A stretch of 64,000 nucleotides of DNA. Origin: Octopus sinensis. Taxonomy: Eukaryota. The notes beneath the pieces were generated by a model. That model was not told where the DNA came from. It searched no databases and worked only from the letters and a program-made list of their open reading frames with translations. The position numbers were made by a program, and so were the translations under genes. The DNA is taken from contig NW_021835988.1 of assembly GCF_006345805.1 (NCBI RefSeq), forward strand, positions 372,001 to 436,000, read 5' to 3'. Positions within the stretch are counted from its first letter, which is position 1. Each line of letters opens with the position of its first letter. Below are positions 47,401-60,859 of the stretch, piece after piece.

Positions 47401-47769
47401 TTAGTTTAAATTACATTATGTTCCTATGACAGTGCTAATAATAATAATCATTTCTTTCCTATGTTTTGTCGTGTTGTATAGTCTGCTTAATTTAGCTTAA
47501 AACTATTATCATTTATCATAGCAAATGGTATAGAGTTATTTATAACATTTATTGTTGATTTGTTATACTACATTAATGCATCACTGGTCACCACTGATGA
47601 CTTAATTGCTACTTTGATAAAATGATAATTTTTTCACGCTCTGAGGTGATAAATAATGTAAATAAGATTAATCCACATTATATTTATCTTTAATGCAGTA
47701 TTAGGCCGGGGAGATACCTATACATTGCGCATAGGAACAATTTAGTCAAATTGTTCCTCATACTGACTT

Positions 47770-48450
47770 TTGTCCGACGTGAAAATCGCTTGCTCATCTC
47801 CTTGCGAGTACTACACCAACTTGGAGTTGGAGTCAAAGGAGCTTGCGAAGCAGTTGCACATGGAGTTTGACAATGGTTTTTAAAAATCCAGTGGAACTTG
47901 TCTTAATTTTGAAACTATATGTTCTGAGTGCTTTTAATAGCACTAGACATGATCATCTTCTAAATATGCGTATATTCACTGTACGGACGCCATTTGTAGC
48001 TAGTATGAACACGCCTAACCTTCTTTTCTTCAGGTCATTTAATCTATTGCTCCCCTTATTGTTCTCATCTGGAGTTGATCACATCGCCCGTAATTTATCT
48101 TCCAAACTGAACATTTGGTATTTCGATGACATCATTCTGAGTGGTATACTCGACGTGATCACGTTCTCGTCCTTGGTAAAAAAAGAATCTCATTTTTCTG
48201 ATCAAAGTTGGGATAAGATCTGCCCAAAGACTCCTTCAAGTGGAGAAGGAGAAGCTCAGAAAATATAATCTCCTATCTAAAGAGTTGGAGCTGATAGATA
48301 AAGCAAAAATGAAGATTATAGTTAAGTGGGATTCACCTGTGACTTCAAAGTTTATGAAGTACGAAAGATCATTATATAGGAATGACAGATTTTTGCATAT
48401 ATTTAGTCGTTGACTATAAAAAAACTAGAATGTATGATTGTCTTTTGTTG
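47770..48450 (+). mobile_element. Highly decayed CRE fragment followed by an RLE fragment
   Basis: QLGVGV..ACEAVAH and HIARNLSSKLNIWYFDD remnants, then EKLRKYNLLSKEL. Confidence 0.55.
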
Positions 48451-50149
48451 ATACAAAATTGAGTCATGGAAAAGGAATAGAGTCGTATAGTAGATTTATT
48501 TGTTCATATAAATTTATTTAAACAGTAAACAATGATTTTATTTTCTATGTTTGAATGTACGAATTGTATAAGAACCATGGAAAAGGACCGAAATGTGAGT
48601 TCTATCTTTTTGAATAAAACGAAGAAAATTTTGTGATCTGTGCAGCTTATAGACTTAAAGGCCACTTTCTAAGATTATAATTTCTTCAATTTAAAAGAGT
48701 TTGTAAAAAATAATTAAAATCAAATACGGTTATTGCGAGGAATTGGATTATATGATTTCATAATACCAACGATTTTCTGATCAAAGTTGGGATAATAATC
48801 AATATTAATTCTGATCAACAATATTTCCAATCTTGACAGATTATAAAATACATTTTGACATTATTTATTGATAAAAATATGTAATGAATACTAATGTAGG
48901 CTCTCTATGAAGCAAAATTGAAGATTATTCCCGTAGTCTTGACATGGGATAGATTTTTCACAGTTCTTTAAAAGCCATATGGATAAGTTATCTATTAAGA
49001 AGGAACGAGGACATAAATTAAGTCGGTTGTGCGAAATAAGACGCTGGACAAAAAGTACGCCTCTACTGCCAATCAACTTGCGGAGCTGGCATACTGCTGG
49101 CATCAGCTGAACAAAAAACCTATATGAATACTAACATCAGTAGCAATGAATTTTTTAACAAAAGTAATTAATTAGTTTTAAAAAAAAGGCTAGTTGAGGA
49201 AGCCTGCTCGAAAATGAGATTTTTTGAGAAGCCAATCAATGCTAAAATCTGAAGGAACGTCTAAAAAAATTTATGTTAATAAAAACACCTTTTTTGACAT
49301 TTCTTAAATGTCCATCTAACAGAAATGTAAAATTACTTTTAAAAACCATTCAAATTTGGAATTACGTTATAAATTCGTTTTTCTTCTAATATTAGCGTAT
49401 TTAATAAATAAGCTGTGTATGTTCGAGATTTACCAAGAACATCTAAATAAAATTATCTTCAAATGAATCAAACAAAAATGTGGTAGTCCGGATCGCTGAA
49501 ATATTCGTTTCGCATTACGCACTAATTATTCCTCTGAAAATCCCAATCACTTTGAAAGTGTTGCTCACTTCGATTAAATCCACTGCGATTCCACTCTCCA
49601 AAGTAAGACTGCCGAGAATCATTTCCCAAATCTTGTTGGGTACTGAAATAGCTGTGCATGTTGCTCTGTTTGTACATATCTGCTACTTATTTTACTGTTT
49701 GGATCTCATACCTGAATTATCTTCGATTTGGCATTTACATGGAATTCTCATACAATCACATTTGGTTAACTTCTGCCATTTGTGTACGTCAAAATCTAAA
49801 TAATATCGGCAGTATTTATACTCGGAATGGGGCTTTTCGACTTAAAGTCAGCATTTCAAACAAAGTCTAGAATTTTCTTATCCTAAATGAAAATCAAAGG
49901 AAAAAAACAAGCATTGACGGGTAACTTAATTTTATTGTAAGAAAATATCATTTTAAATAATTTATTTTTAAAAGAAGCTATATATCTAATATTATTTGAT
50001 TTTAGTGAGAAAACTTGTGAATAAATAAACAAAAAATTAAATTTTAGACTAAACTGATATAATCATTAAAGATTTTATAAAAAGATAATAAATCTGATAC
50101 TCTTACATCGCGTGATTCTAAGTCTATGTCTACGAGACTAAAAAATTGC

Positions 50150-50893
50150 AATCTGTGCAACTTTAGCTCTCTTGGCAAGGCCATTGGTTTCTTCTCGAAG
50201 ATCATTCTGGAAGCAATGGCTATTCCTAAACGTCCACCTCACGCTGCTTGTAGTCGAAGGATATCCGGTCTGGCTAAGGAGAGAAATCGCCTCAAAAAGT
50301 CAAACCGAATGTCTTTCGACATAATTACCCGCATCAGATATTTAAACAAGGAATTGAAGACCAGTGAACACAGGCACACCTATCTGAAATGGAATCGCAT
50401 TCTTACTACCGTGAACCGTAATCGTTCAACGGGTGAAGTGTGGAAAGCCATTTGGCACGTGGCCAGGGGGGACGCCCCCGAACCATTCGAAGATTTCGAT
50501 AAAAAAAGACGTAAACAACCTCATAAATTTCTATGCGAAGAATGCACACAAGGAGCACAGGAAATCCGATTCACTTCCCTCCAACAGAAGCCTAAAAAAC
50601 GGGCGGAACCTCTCCTCCTCTCGATAAAAAAAGTGGAAGATGTTTTGCACTCTACAAAATCATCGTATTCTCACGGCCCGGATAAAATCCCGGTCATCCT
50701 ATTAAAAAACCTTGGTGTCGAAGGAGTCAGGTTCCTAACATCTATCTTTAACTATTCAATCAACAAAAATGTGATTCCGTCAATATGGAAACAGGCCCTA
50801 ATAAGGCCGATACTGAAGCCTGGAAGACCAACAGGGGACCCGACATCCCTGTTATGTTCGATGTCAAAAATCGTGGAAAGACTGGTTCCATAA
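50150..50893 (+). mobile_element. Jockey/I-type LINE fragment
   Basis: SHGPDKIP...IFNYSI...IWKQALIRPILKPG. Confidence 0.8.
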
Positions 50894-50973
50894 CAGAAAA
50901 ATTTTAGAAGGCTAAAGTTACAAAGGTTTTGATATCACTTGCATCGAAAACTTCTCAATTTTATTGTTTTCAG

Positions 50974-52163
50974 ACATACGAAAGATGTTCGAGGTTTAGG
51001 AAAATGAATTCATGTAAAATGAGCTGTATAAATCCAGATTTATGGTATGAAATAAAGCAGTAATAAAGATAAAATTATATTAGGGCATATAACAGTAAAT
51101 TGATAACGAGAAAAATATTTAAATTATTTATATTTCTAAGAATACAGTCATAATTTTATTGGAATTTTGTTCGTGACACATTTATGTTTGACTTTAGCGT
51201 GAAAAAAGAAATGATATGTCTCTATTTCTTATTAGGAGCGTTAGCATTTCAAACACTTGGTAATTTTAAATTTAATGTGAAATCTATGCATAGGCTATCC
51301 ATGGGAATTGAAAATTTTTTTCGAAGACATCTCTGTTTGCTTTATAATTAATAACTATAGAGAAACGATGTTTTAACGACAAAACAAGTAATAATTTTAG
51401 CTATATAATAGGCTCTCTCTGATGTAATTGAAATAATCGAACTTGATAGGAAGTCAAATGAATTAAATCACTTGGTTATCAAAATAGAGTTCGTGTTATT
51501 ACTTTTAATCTTTCAAAGTAAAGACAACAAAATTATGGATAAAATATACACTGAGGATGAGAGTAAAGTAATATACGTAAAATACTACAATAAAAATGTA
51601 TTTAAAATTAAATTTATATAGAAAATTCATGGAGCAATTTTATATAATATATTAAACTTTTTTGGTTTGCCTGATTCAAACAATACAAATAGTATTATGA
51701 ATAATACTTTGTGGTAATTCTATATCATTTTTATTTAAGTAATCGACTATTGTCAAAAAAAGAGTTAAATTATCTTCGAAATATGAATCACCTTATAAAT
51801 GACAGTAATCAAAAATTTATTTTTCCAGCAACTTTATCGCATCTATTAAAAAGTCGAATAACACCAACAGAAAAGCCATTAGACAGCACACATCCTACTT
51901 CAAAATGTATATATTTATTATTATTTTGCAAATCGTGTTATTCCTGTTAAAAATAATTTAAATTTGAAACCAATAAATGTGAAAAAATTTGAAATGCTTT
52001 ATCTCATACCCATTTTCGTTGCACTTCTGATTATTTCGCTTATTGCCGTCATTATAGTAAGAAAAAAGAGAAAATCGGCAAAATATGATAATTTAGAAGA
52101 GTAATTTTAAATTCAAATTTTATTAATAGAAATCCATATTACCAGGAGCCCCTAGTAAATTAA
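50974..52163 (+). CDS. Micro-intron-rich type I membrane protein (5' end unknown; possibly a pseudogene)
   Basis: Introns such as 51489-51518, 51598-51621, 51714-51739, 51805-51828 and 52101-52129 restore one frame. It ends in an S/T/P stalk, TM LYLIPIFVALLIISLIAVIIV, RKKRK and tail ENPYYQEPLVN*. One donor reads AT (51214) and one acceptor reads AA (51931). Confidence 0.68.
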
Positions 52164-52632
52164 AACAATAATAATAAATTATTAATATTAACAAAGATTT
52201 TTTGGTTTTATGATTTTCATTTATTCTATAATCTTAGAAACTTAGTTTATAATTGAAAATTACGATTAATTTCAAAATAAATTAGATTCTATTCACAATA
52301 AAAATTAAACTCAGAGGAAAACTATAGATAAAACATGCTGCAATTGCCATAGTTTTGAGAAAGTCTCTAACAAATTTGAAAATAACGTTCTAAAGTTCGT
52401 ATCCATTAAATTCATACATTTTTTTCGATACATTTTTTCAGTTCTCAAATATCACAAGTCTAGTAGAAAAATTCAAATCATAGAAACCCAAAATAGAGTT
52501 ATCTCTGAATCAACCAAAAAACAATTTTTCATTGAACATTGCATAGAGATTTGAGAAAGTTTTTGTTTTGCAGGTTATTTATTTATTTATTAACTCCAAG
52601 ATCACCGAGAAAGATAGGTCAGAACTAACTAA

Positions 52633-54850
52633 TTAGGTGATCCCTGCCTCCAACCACAGCCGTACTTTCCTTACATGATCTTCTGATGACCCGACCGTAA
52701 TCCGGAAAAGCCTTCTCTTCCTTCTGCAGAGGAACTCAATTGGAGTGCATTTCTTTATAACCGACCGAAATTCCTCTGCATGTGCCACCTTTTCCTTGAG
52801 TGGGTTTCCCAGTTCCTTGCAGAAACGTAGGAAACCCTGTCCATTCTTCTGCGTCGCCTCCTCGGAAGCAAGACTGCCAACTGAGGTGTCAGTGTGGAGC
52901 ATAATCTTCCTTCTGAGTGAGTTCAAACGTTCCGCTTTCGAACAAGCAATAGCAAACCTCCAGGCTGAGCAGGCATACTCAACCGTCGGGGCAATCACTT
53001 GTTGGTAGACTTTGCTGACACAATCTTTCAGGGGGAAGGGACTCTTCTTTAACAGAGCTTTCAAGACGTTCCACTTCCGCAGACCTTTAGCTAGGGCCTC
53101 CTCTACGTGACTTGAGAACGTCATTAAGGAGTCGAAAACCACGCCAAGGATCTTCTGGGTACGCGAAGAGGGAATAGGTTTGTCTCCAATGAATAGTTCC
53201 AGCCCATTCTTGAATCTTCTGTCAGTAGTAAAGAGGGTGAATTGGGATTTGGATGCAGACACACACAACATGTTTGCAGATAGCCAATCACATACACGGT
53301 TGAGGTGTGACTGGACCATTGCGACAGCCACAGAAGGAGATTTATCTCTTGCAGCGATAATCAGGTCGTCCGCATAGGATAAGAACATTATGTCTGGGTC
53401 ATTAGTAGTGGGTAGGTCATGTAGAAATAGGTTAAAAAGGAGAGGAGATAAAGGGGAGCCTTGTGGGACACCATTGGGCAGTAGTCTTGATCTTGAAGTA
53501 GTATTGTCGATACGGACCCTTCCGCGTCGGCCAGTTAAGAAATTTTCCAACCACAGTTTGATGTTCGGATGTAAGTTCGAATCAAATATCTTCCGCGTTA
53601 GGAGTTTCCTCGGGACAGAATCAAAAGCCTTTTGTATATCAATAGATACTAAGGCCGTCCGTAGGTGTGTTCCCATGTTAAAACCCTCAGTGATAAACTG
53701 GGAGACAGAACACAAGTGGGTCGTTGTGGAACGGTCTGGTCTAAAACCGTGCTGGAATTCTGGCAGTTGTAGGACAGGAGAGATTCGCATTAATACGAGC
53801 TTTTCCAGTACTTTCGATAAGATACAAGTTATTGAGATTGGGCGGTATGAAGAGGGGGCATCCTTTGGTTTCCCAGGCTTTAGGATTGGCGTAATTAGGG
53901 AGTTTTTCCATATATTAGGTATCGTACGTAAGTTGATGGAGTCGTTATATAGTCTTGATAGTACGGTCCGTGCCCGGGGTCCCAGGTGTTTGAAGTGAAT
54001 AGCACAAATCCCGTCGGGGCCACAAGAACGGGTGGGACGTAGGGATTTAATAGCCTTGTCAACATCATCTGGTGTGAAGAAGGTGGAATACGGTTCTGGT
54101 CGTGGTCCGTGCCGTTCAGTATGTGGAGTGCGAGAGAAGTTTTTATGGCTGATCGATACATAATACTTCATAATCTTGTTTGCAAGTTTGCGAGCGGGTT
54201 CCGAGGAATTGTGGGCAACAGCCTCAGATTCTCTGTCCTCCTCGGCGATAAGGCAATTGATCCTTCTTAGCGTTTTCCAAAAGGTGGCGCAGGAATTTCT
54301 GTGACATAAACGTCCAACGAGACGACTCCACTTGAGTCCGTGATTAGTGCGGATCAGTTCAGAAATTTTGATATTCAAAGGACGTATGATATGGTATGAG
54401 TCATTGGACTTGCTTTTCTTGAGGGCGTCCCGTTCTTTGATAAGTGATAGGATTTCTGAGGATAGTCTTGGATTGAACTTCTTATATGAAGCGACAGGTA
54501 TAAATAATTTATCGGCTTGCAGAATGATAGTAGACAGGATCTTGGCCGTCCTTTCCACCGTGCAATTTTCCATAGAGAGGTCGAGCAGGCAGTCGTCCAC
54601 ATACAGCCCGAAACCATGCCAGTTAGCTTTCGAGTAATTTTTGAACTTCGTAGGGCGGCGCGTTGGACAGAAAGGCCTTCTAAGTGTCAGTACAATGGGG
54701 TTATGGTCGCTCGAGGAGCCATAACGAACATTCCACGAGATATATCCAGCCAAGGATGGAGTGCAAAGAGACAGGTCCGGGGATGTTGGGCTGTTTCTTC
54801 TACGGGTTGGTGTCCTTGTATGAGCGTATGGATCGTTTAGGATAGTCAAC
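52633..54850 (-). mobile_element. Jockey/I-group LINE, 5'-truncated, long open frame (EN C-terminus + RT)
   Basis: TSPDLSL...SSDHNPI, SYRPISIT, QHGFR, IDIQKAFD, GVPQGSPLSP and YADD. Confidence 0.9.
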
Positions 54851-55225
54851 TTATTGAGTACGGAAAGGATATATTCGTTTTGCAGGTTAATTTTTCTCAA
54901 CAAGGGAGTATCTTCAAATTCATTTTAATAACTAAAAATATTCATAATTCCAGTATTAAAACAATTTTTTTAACATTAAAAGTAACTTTGAAGCTTCATT
55001 TTTGTATCTAAAGAAACTTGTTCATAAACAGACAAGAAATGCCTACATTAGCAAATAACTTTCAAAACTTCATAAATTCTTTTTGATCGTTACAATTAAG
55101 AAATGATTCATTGAAAAACACGATAGAATATTCGAAGGATTTTCAAAATTGAACTTGGAAAAGACAACAGTATCAAGTTTTTTAATCAAGAGAAAACAAG
55201 GACCAGTTATGTTCATTTTGTAAAT

Positions 55226-57244
55226 CAGCGGTTCCCAACCAGGGGTGCCAGCAAAAATTTAGGGGGTGAAGATTTTAAAGATTTATAGTTAATTTTTAAA
55301 GAGCAAATATTTTTTCAAATCTGAAATCTATTATTTTTAGATTATATTCGAAAAAATATATTATTATATCTAAGTTTTCAGATTGTCACGTTTATTATTT
55401 GTTGTTATGAAAAAGAGAAAGTAGAATGATGATTATGTCCGTTTTGGATTTACATATACTAAAATCGATGATCTCCAAAGGCCCAAATGTTTCTTATGTG
55501 AGGCTACATTCTCTAACCGGAATATGAAACCTTCCAAACTGGAACAGAACTTTATACATAAACGTGGTGGAACTAATAGTAGCGGCAATGATTTCAAATC
55601 TCTAAAAATAAAGAGAACTCGATATGATTCGTAAGTGACTCTTTAACTTTGTATATCTTGACAAACCGATTTTGCTGGCTTCTTATAAAGTTGCCAATAA
55701 CATCGCAAAGTCTAAAAATCCACATACAGTCGGAGAAGATTTGATTAAAACATTTCATTGGAAATGGTCTCATTAATACTCGGAACAGAGTCAAGACAAA
55801 GGATTGAAACAGTCCCGCTATCCAATAATATAATTCACAGTCGGATATGTGAGTTAAGAAATGATATTTGTCCCAAATTATTACAGAGATCAAATCAAGT
55901 CCTTTCCTTATATCTCTTCAGTTGGACGAATCAACTGATGTCTCTAGTTAACATTGTTAAAGATTTTTTTATGAAACATGATTTGGATACCCAGACAATA
56001 GGGTCTATTTGTACAGACGGTGCTCCAGCAATGCTGAGAAATATGTCCGGTTTTGGTGGGCTATTAAAGAATGAAATTCCGAACATAAGGACTACGCATT
56101 GTTTTCTTCATCGCTATGTATTAGCTGTTAAAACTCTCCCCCCATTGTTGAAAAATGTACTTGGCACCACTTTAAAAATTATTAACTGGATAAGAGGTCG
56201 TGCTATGAACCATCGAATTTTTAAAACAATTTGCAGTGATCTTGGCAACAATCATTCTATTTTATTATTTCATACCGAAATTCGCTGGCTCTCACGAGGT
56301 CAAGTTTTAACCCGCATCTTTGAGTTAAGAGAAGAAGTAAAATTATTTCTTCATAAATATAATCATGATTTATTGCTATATTTGGAATCCCATGAATTTA
56401 TCCAGATGCTGTCTTATTTTACATTTTTACTCACATGAATAATTTGACTTTATCTCTTCAAGGTACAGATGTTAACATACTCAAATGACATGAAAAAATG
56501 GCTGCATTCAAAAATAAATTATCTCTTTGGCGTCGGCGAATAGAAACATACAATGTCACGAATTTCCCAACCTTAGAAAAGGTGGTCGACAATTCAATGA
56601 ATCCTACTTTTCGTAAAGAAATTATATCTCATTTAGAAGTATTGTCCACGTCTTTTGAAGGATATTTCGGAAAGGATCTAAATATTACGGATGAATGGAT
56701 TTTGAGTCCATTTTCGTATAATCTGAAAATTATGTCAGATGATCATGAACTCAAAGAAGGTCTAATTGATCTTCGAACAAAACAAAGCACTTATAATTCA
56801 GTTTCACAATTGTACATTGGAACAGTTTAGGAGTTCAGTAGTGAAAATGTATCCAAAATTATCTCAAAAGGCTTTGTATGAAATTATTCCATTTGCAACG
56901 ACATACTTATGCGAGTCAGGATTCAGCTCTCTTTTGGCAATTAAAACTAAATACAGAAATCGCCTGAATCCTGAACATGACATTCGTATTGCGATTAGCA
57001 AAAAAATGCCAAGATTTGACAAAATCATTGAAAATAAACAAGAACAAAGAAACCATTAATTGTTTACTTTTGTTCTTGTGTGACTGTATACTTTAATTAA
57101 TTTAAACTTTATTGTGTTTAATGTTAAATTTTTAATTTTTTCGATTAACAAACTTCTGGTTAAATAATAATATGTTCTGGGCGTGCGAGAGTTTGTACAA
57201 AAATATTTAGGGGTGCGAGCTCTAAAAATGGTTGGGAACCTCTG
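55226..57244 (+). mobile_element. Buster-type hAT, internally deleted and decayed
   Basis: TIRs CAGCGGTTCCCAACC / GGTTGGGAACCTCTG; TSD TTGTAAAT/TTGCAAAT (7/8); TDGAPAM, HCFLHR, RWLSRG and TYLCESGFS. Confidence 0.9.
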
Positions 57245-57419
57245 TTGCAAATAGTAATAAGAGGATGACCGATGTGTGGTATCTGATACAAAGAATTGAA
57301 TATTCTAAAAGTAAGGGAATTCACTTTTCTATTGAATTAAAAAATGAAAATACAAAATGAAACTTTGACTTTTATACCAATGTGAAGACTCATCTTCAAC
57401 TGAAACAACCTTAAATCCA

Positions 57420-58390
57420 ATCTCCCGCATTTCCAAACTTGAATCCCATTTGGGACTTTTCTTGCTCAAAAACTATCTCTTTATACCGAAGCTAACTTAT
57501 CTCATGCACTCATCGCCCTGCTTTCTCGAACAAAATCATTTGTCTCGTCTCGACAACATGGTCTCCAAAGCTCTTGAGCTTCTCGTAAATATTAAATTCA
57601 AACCTTCAGACATGCGACGGGTTAATTTATTTATTCGCTACGGGGGCATCGGCATTCGTTCTTGTGTTGATTTATCCCTCCCATGTTACCTTTCCTCGTT
57701 GTCTGCTTCTGCTAGTTCCTTCAACTCTGTTCTTTTCCCCTCCCCTGAACAGCCCGAGTTGTTTAAATATACGGCGGGTGTCAACATGTGGATTTCTCGT
57801 GGGCTTAAAATCCCGGACGTCCCCTCAGTTCAAAAGAAATGGGATGATATACATTGTTCCCATGTACTTAAAGATATCCGCCTACGTGCTGACCAGTTTC
57901 AGTTGGCAAGCATTAATTGTGCCTGTCAACCCCACTCGGCCGATTGGCTTGACGCTTTGCCGATTTCCTCTGCTGGAATGTTGCTGGACGACGAATCTGT
58001 CCGCATCGGAATCTGTTTACGGCTTGGCATAGAGATTTGCCAGCCACATCAGTCCAGATGCGGAAAGGACATTGACAGGAGAGGGCTACACCCCCTCTCT
58101 TGTCGCCGGCCGTATACCCAGACATGCCGCCTTGAATGATATTGTCAAGCGCGCGCTCTACGCCGCTGGATTCCCTTCGGTCCTGGAGCCGGTTGGGTTA
58201 GACCGTGGCGACGGAAAACGTCCCGATGGGTCCACGCTTTTCCCGTTCAAGGGGGGACTCGCTCTCGTTTGGGACGTCACCTGTGTCGACTCGTTTTCCT
58301 TGTCATCTCTCATGGACTCTGCCTCCCGCCCTGACTCTCAGCCTCCGCACATGCCGAAACGAAAAAAATCACAAAGTACGCCTCACTGGT
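57420..58390 (+). mobile_element. CRE-clade fragment (RT C-terminus + RLE)
   Basis: [25 protein letters not shown] and RGDGKRPDG. Confidence 0.85.
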
Positions 58391-58819
58391 TGTTTCTGTC
58401 TCTTCAAATGCTTTACCAGCATCGTACAAAGTTTCTTACAGGATTGGAAAATGTAAAAAACCAAACAATATCGGAGAAACTCTAGTTTTGCCAGCAGGTA
58501 TCGATATGGTTGAAGTAATGTTTAGCGAATCCTGTGTGAAGATATGGATTCAAAATATACATCGCATTTATACTATTGTGAGGTGACTGGCTATCTTGTG
58601 CAAAAGCGATTCGAAGAATGTTTGAACTCGAAGACTGCCTGTCTATTCGCTCGTCCTCTCAATCCAAGAATTAACGTGGATCATTTCATCAAGCAATAAT
58701 TAAATTGTCATATTCTTTCTTTTCACTTTAAAAAAAAATTCGGATTTATAAAATGGACGTTAGTTCAAAAAATAACGAATGATAAGTTAATAAAGTGTAA
58801 TGCTAGACCTACATTTTGC

Positions 58820-59240
58820 TAGTTAGTTAGTTAGTTAATGCACGTCCGCGTTGCCAGTAAACAAAGTTTATGATTTCGCTTGTGCCATGTTTTTAACTAT
58901 TCTTGTCGTTAGCCCCTTCCATTCCTTCCGTCGTCTTGCCCTCTTTCCGATTTCGTCTAGATCGTCTGCATCCATCAATCGGCCTCCGATCATAGCATAT
59001 TCCTTCGTAAGTATTCCCGGAAGACAGTCCCTTGGACGTCCTCTATAATTAGAGTATTTAGTATGGCCGAAAAATTCTTCCATGGCCATATTGCAAGGTG
59101 TTTCTTCATTCGTAAGATATGTCCAAACAGGCGCCAGCGGGTTTCAAGTACATTTAGACTTATAGCCCCACAGTTGCTAACTCTTGCGATAGTACGCTCT
59201 AATTCTTTCTCAATCGCGTCGGCTTCCCGTCCATGAAGCT
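58820..59240 (-). mobile_element. RTE 3' end with a (TAAC)n tail
   Basis: RWRLFGHILR and RGRPR; plus-strand GTTAGTTAGTTAGTTA at ~58823. Confidence 0.75.
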
Positions 59241-60859
59241 TTCGAATACTTTACCGAATTCTTTTTTTCGTAATAAGCAACATATTATTTAAAAAAAATT
59301 TTATATTTCGAAGAATAAAGTCATAATTTTATTGGAATTTTCGCATGACACATTTATATTTGACTTTAGCGTGAAAAAAGAAATGGTATGTCTCTATTTA
59401 TTATTAGGAGCGTTAGTTTTTCAAACAATTGGTAATTTTAAATTTAATGTGAAATCTATCCATAGGCTATCCATGGAAATTGAAAATTTTTTTTGATAAC
59501 ATCCCTGTTTGCTTTATAATTAATAACTATAGAGAAACGATGTTCTAACGGCAAAACAAGTGATAATTTTTAGCTATATAATAGGCTCTCTCTGATGCAA
59601 TTGAAATAACCGAAGTTGATAGGTCAAATAAATTAAATCACTTGGTTATCAAAATAGAGTTCGTTTTATTATTTTTAATCTTTCAAAGTGAAGAAAACAA
59701 AATTATGGATAAAATATACACCGAGGATGAGAGTAAAGTAATATACGTAAAATACCACAATAAAAATGTAATTAAAATTAAATTTATATAATAATACTAG
59801 CTCGGCAGCTCGCTTCGCTCACCGCGACCTAGCTCCTGCGGAGGGCCTGTTTCATCAAACAACTATAAGTTTATGTAGATGTATAAAACTACCTGGTTTA
59901 ATGTAACCCTATTCTATCGCCTGTTGATAAACGATGTTTGTCGTCCGTCCTTCCTTGGCATATATGAATAAATTTTCTCTTCTGCCTACCCTCGAGCATC
60001 CCACATACAGCTGTCCATGTGAAAAGCACTCACTCTCTAAAAATAACCCAACTACCTTTAATGACTGTCCCTGGGCCTTGTTTATTGTCATTGCAAACTT
60101 TTTTTTCATTTTTGTGGTCTATTTTTTTATATTTAATTTTTTCATTTTTCCTTTGTAATTTCCTTTTTTTTCTTTTTTTATTTTTTTGTTTTTTACTGGC
60201 GGAAATGGGGCAGGGGGAGATGCGGCAGGCAAGAAAGCGACACACAAAAAAGATTTAATTAATTACCTTATTAAGCTGACCGTTTTTTCTTCAGCTTCGT
60301 TTTTCCTCCTTCGGTTATCTATTTAAAAAATTATTTTTGAATAATAAAAAAGTTTAGGAAAAGAGGCATACCGAAAATAAATTCTATCTTTACGAAAAAC
60401 TCAAGTAAATAGTTAATATTTTTACGCAAATTCTTCTGATTGCGCTGTCAATTGGTGGTAAATTGTGTTAATGGTTGTGCTAATGTGGTTTCAACTATCA
60501 AAGTGTTTTTCAAAATCTGTTAATTGCACACTCTATTCAAGGTCGTGCGTCAATTGGTGGTAAATTGTGTTAATGATTGTGCTAATGTGGTTTCAACTAT
60601 CAAAGTGGTTTTTCAAAATCTGTTAATTGCACACTCTATTCAAAGTCGTGCAATCTGTGATTGCACATTCTGTCAAAGTCAAATATGATAATAGCTTTAA
60701 TTTTGATTCATGGTCGATAATGATATATGCATTAATTTTAAAGAGAAAAACATAGGATGAATTGAATTTCTTTATCGCGAATAATTGGGAGTTCATCATT
60801 GTTAATATTCTCGCTGTCGTTTTCATCAAGGATATTCTTAATACGTGAGATTTTTGCCT

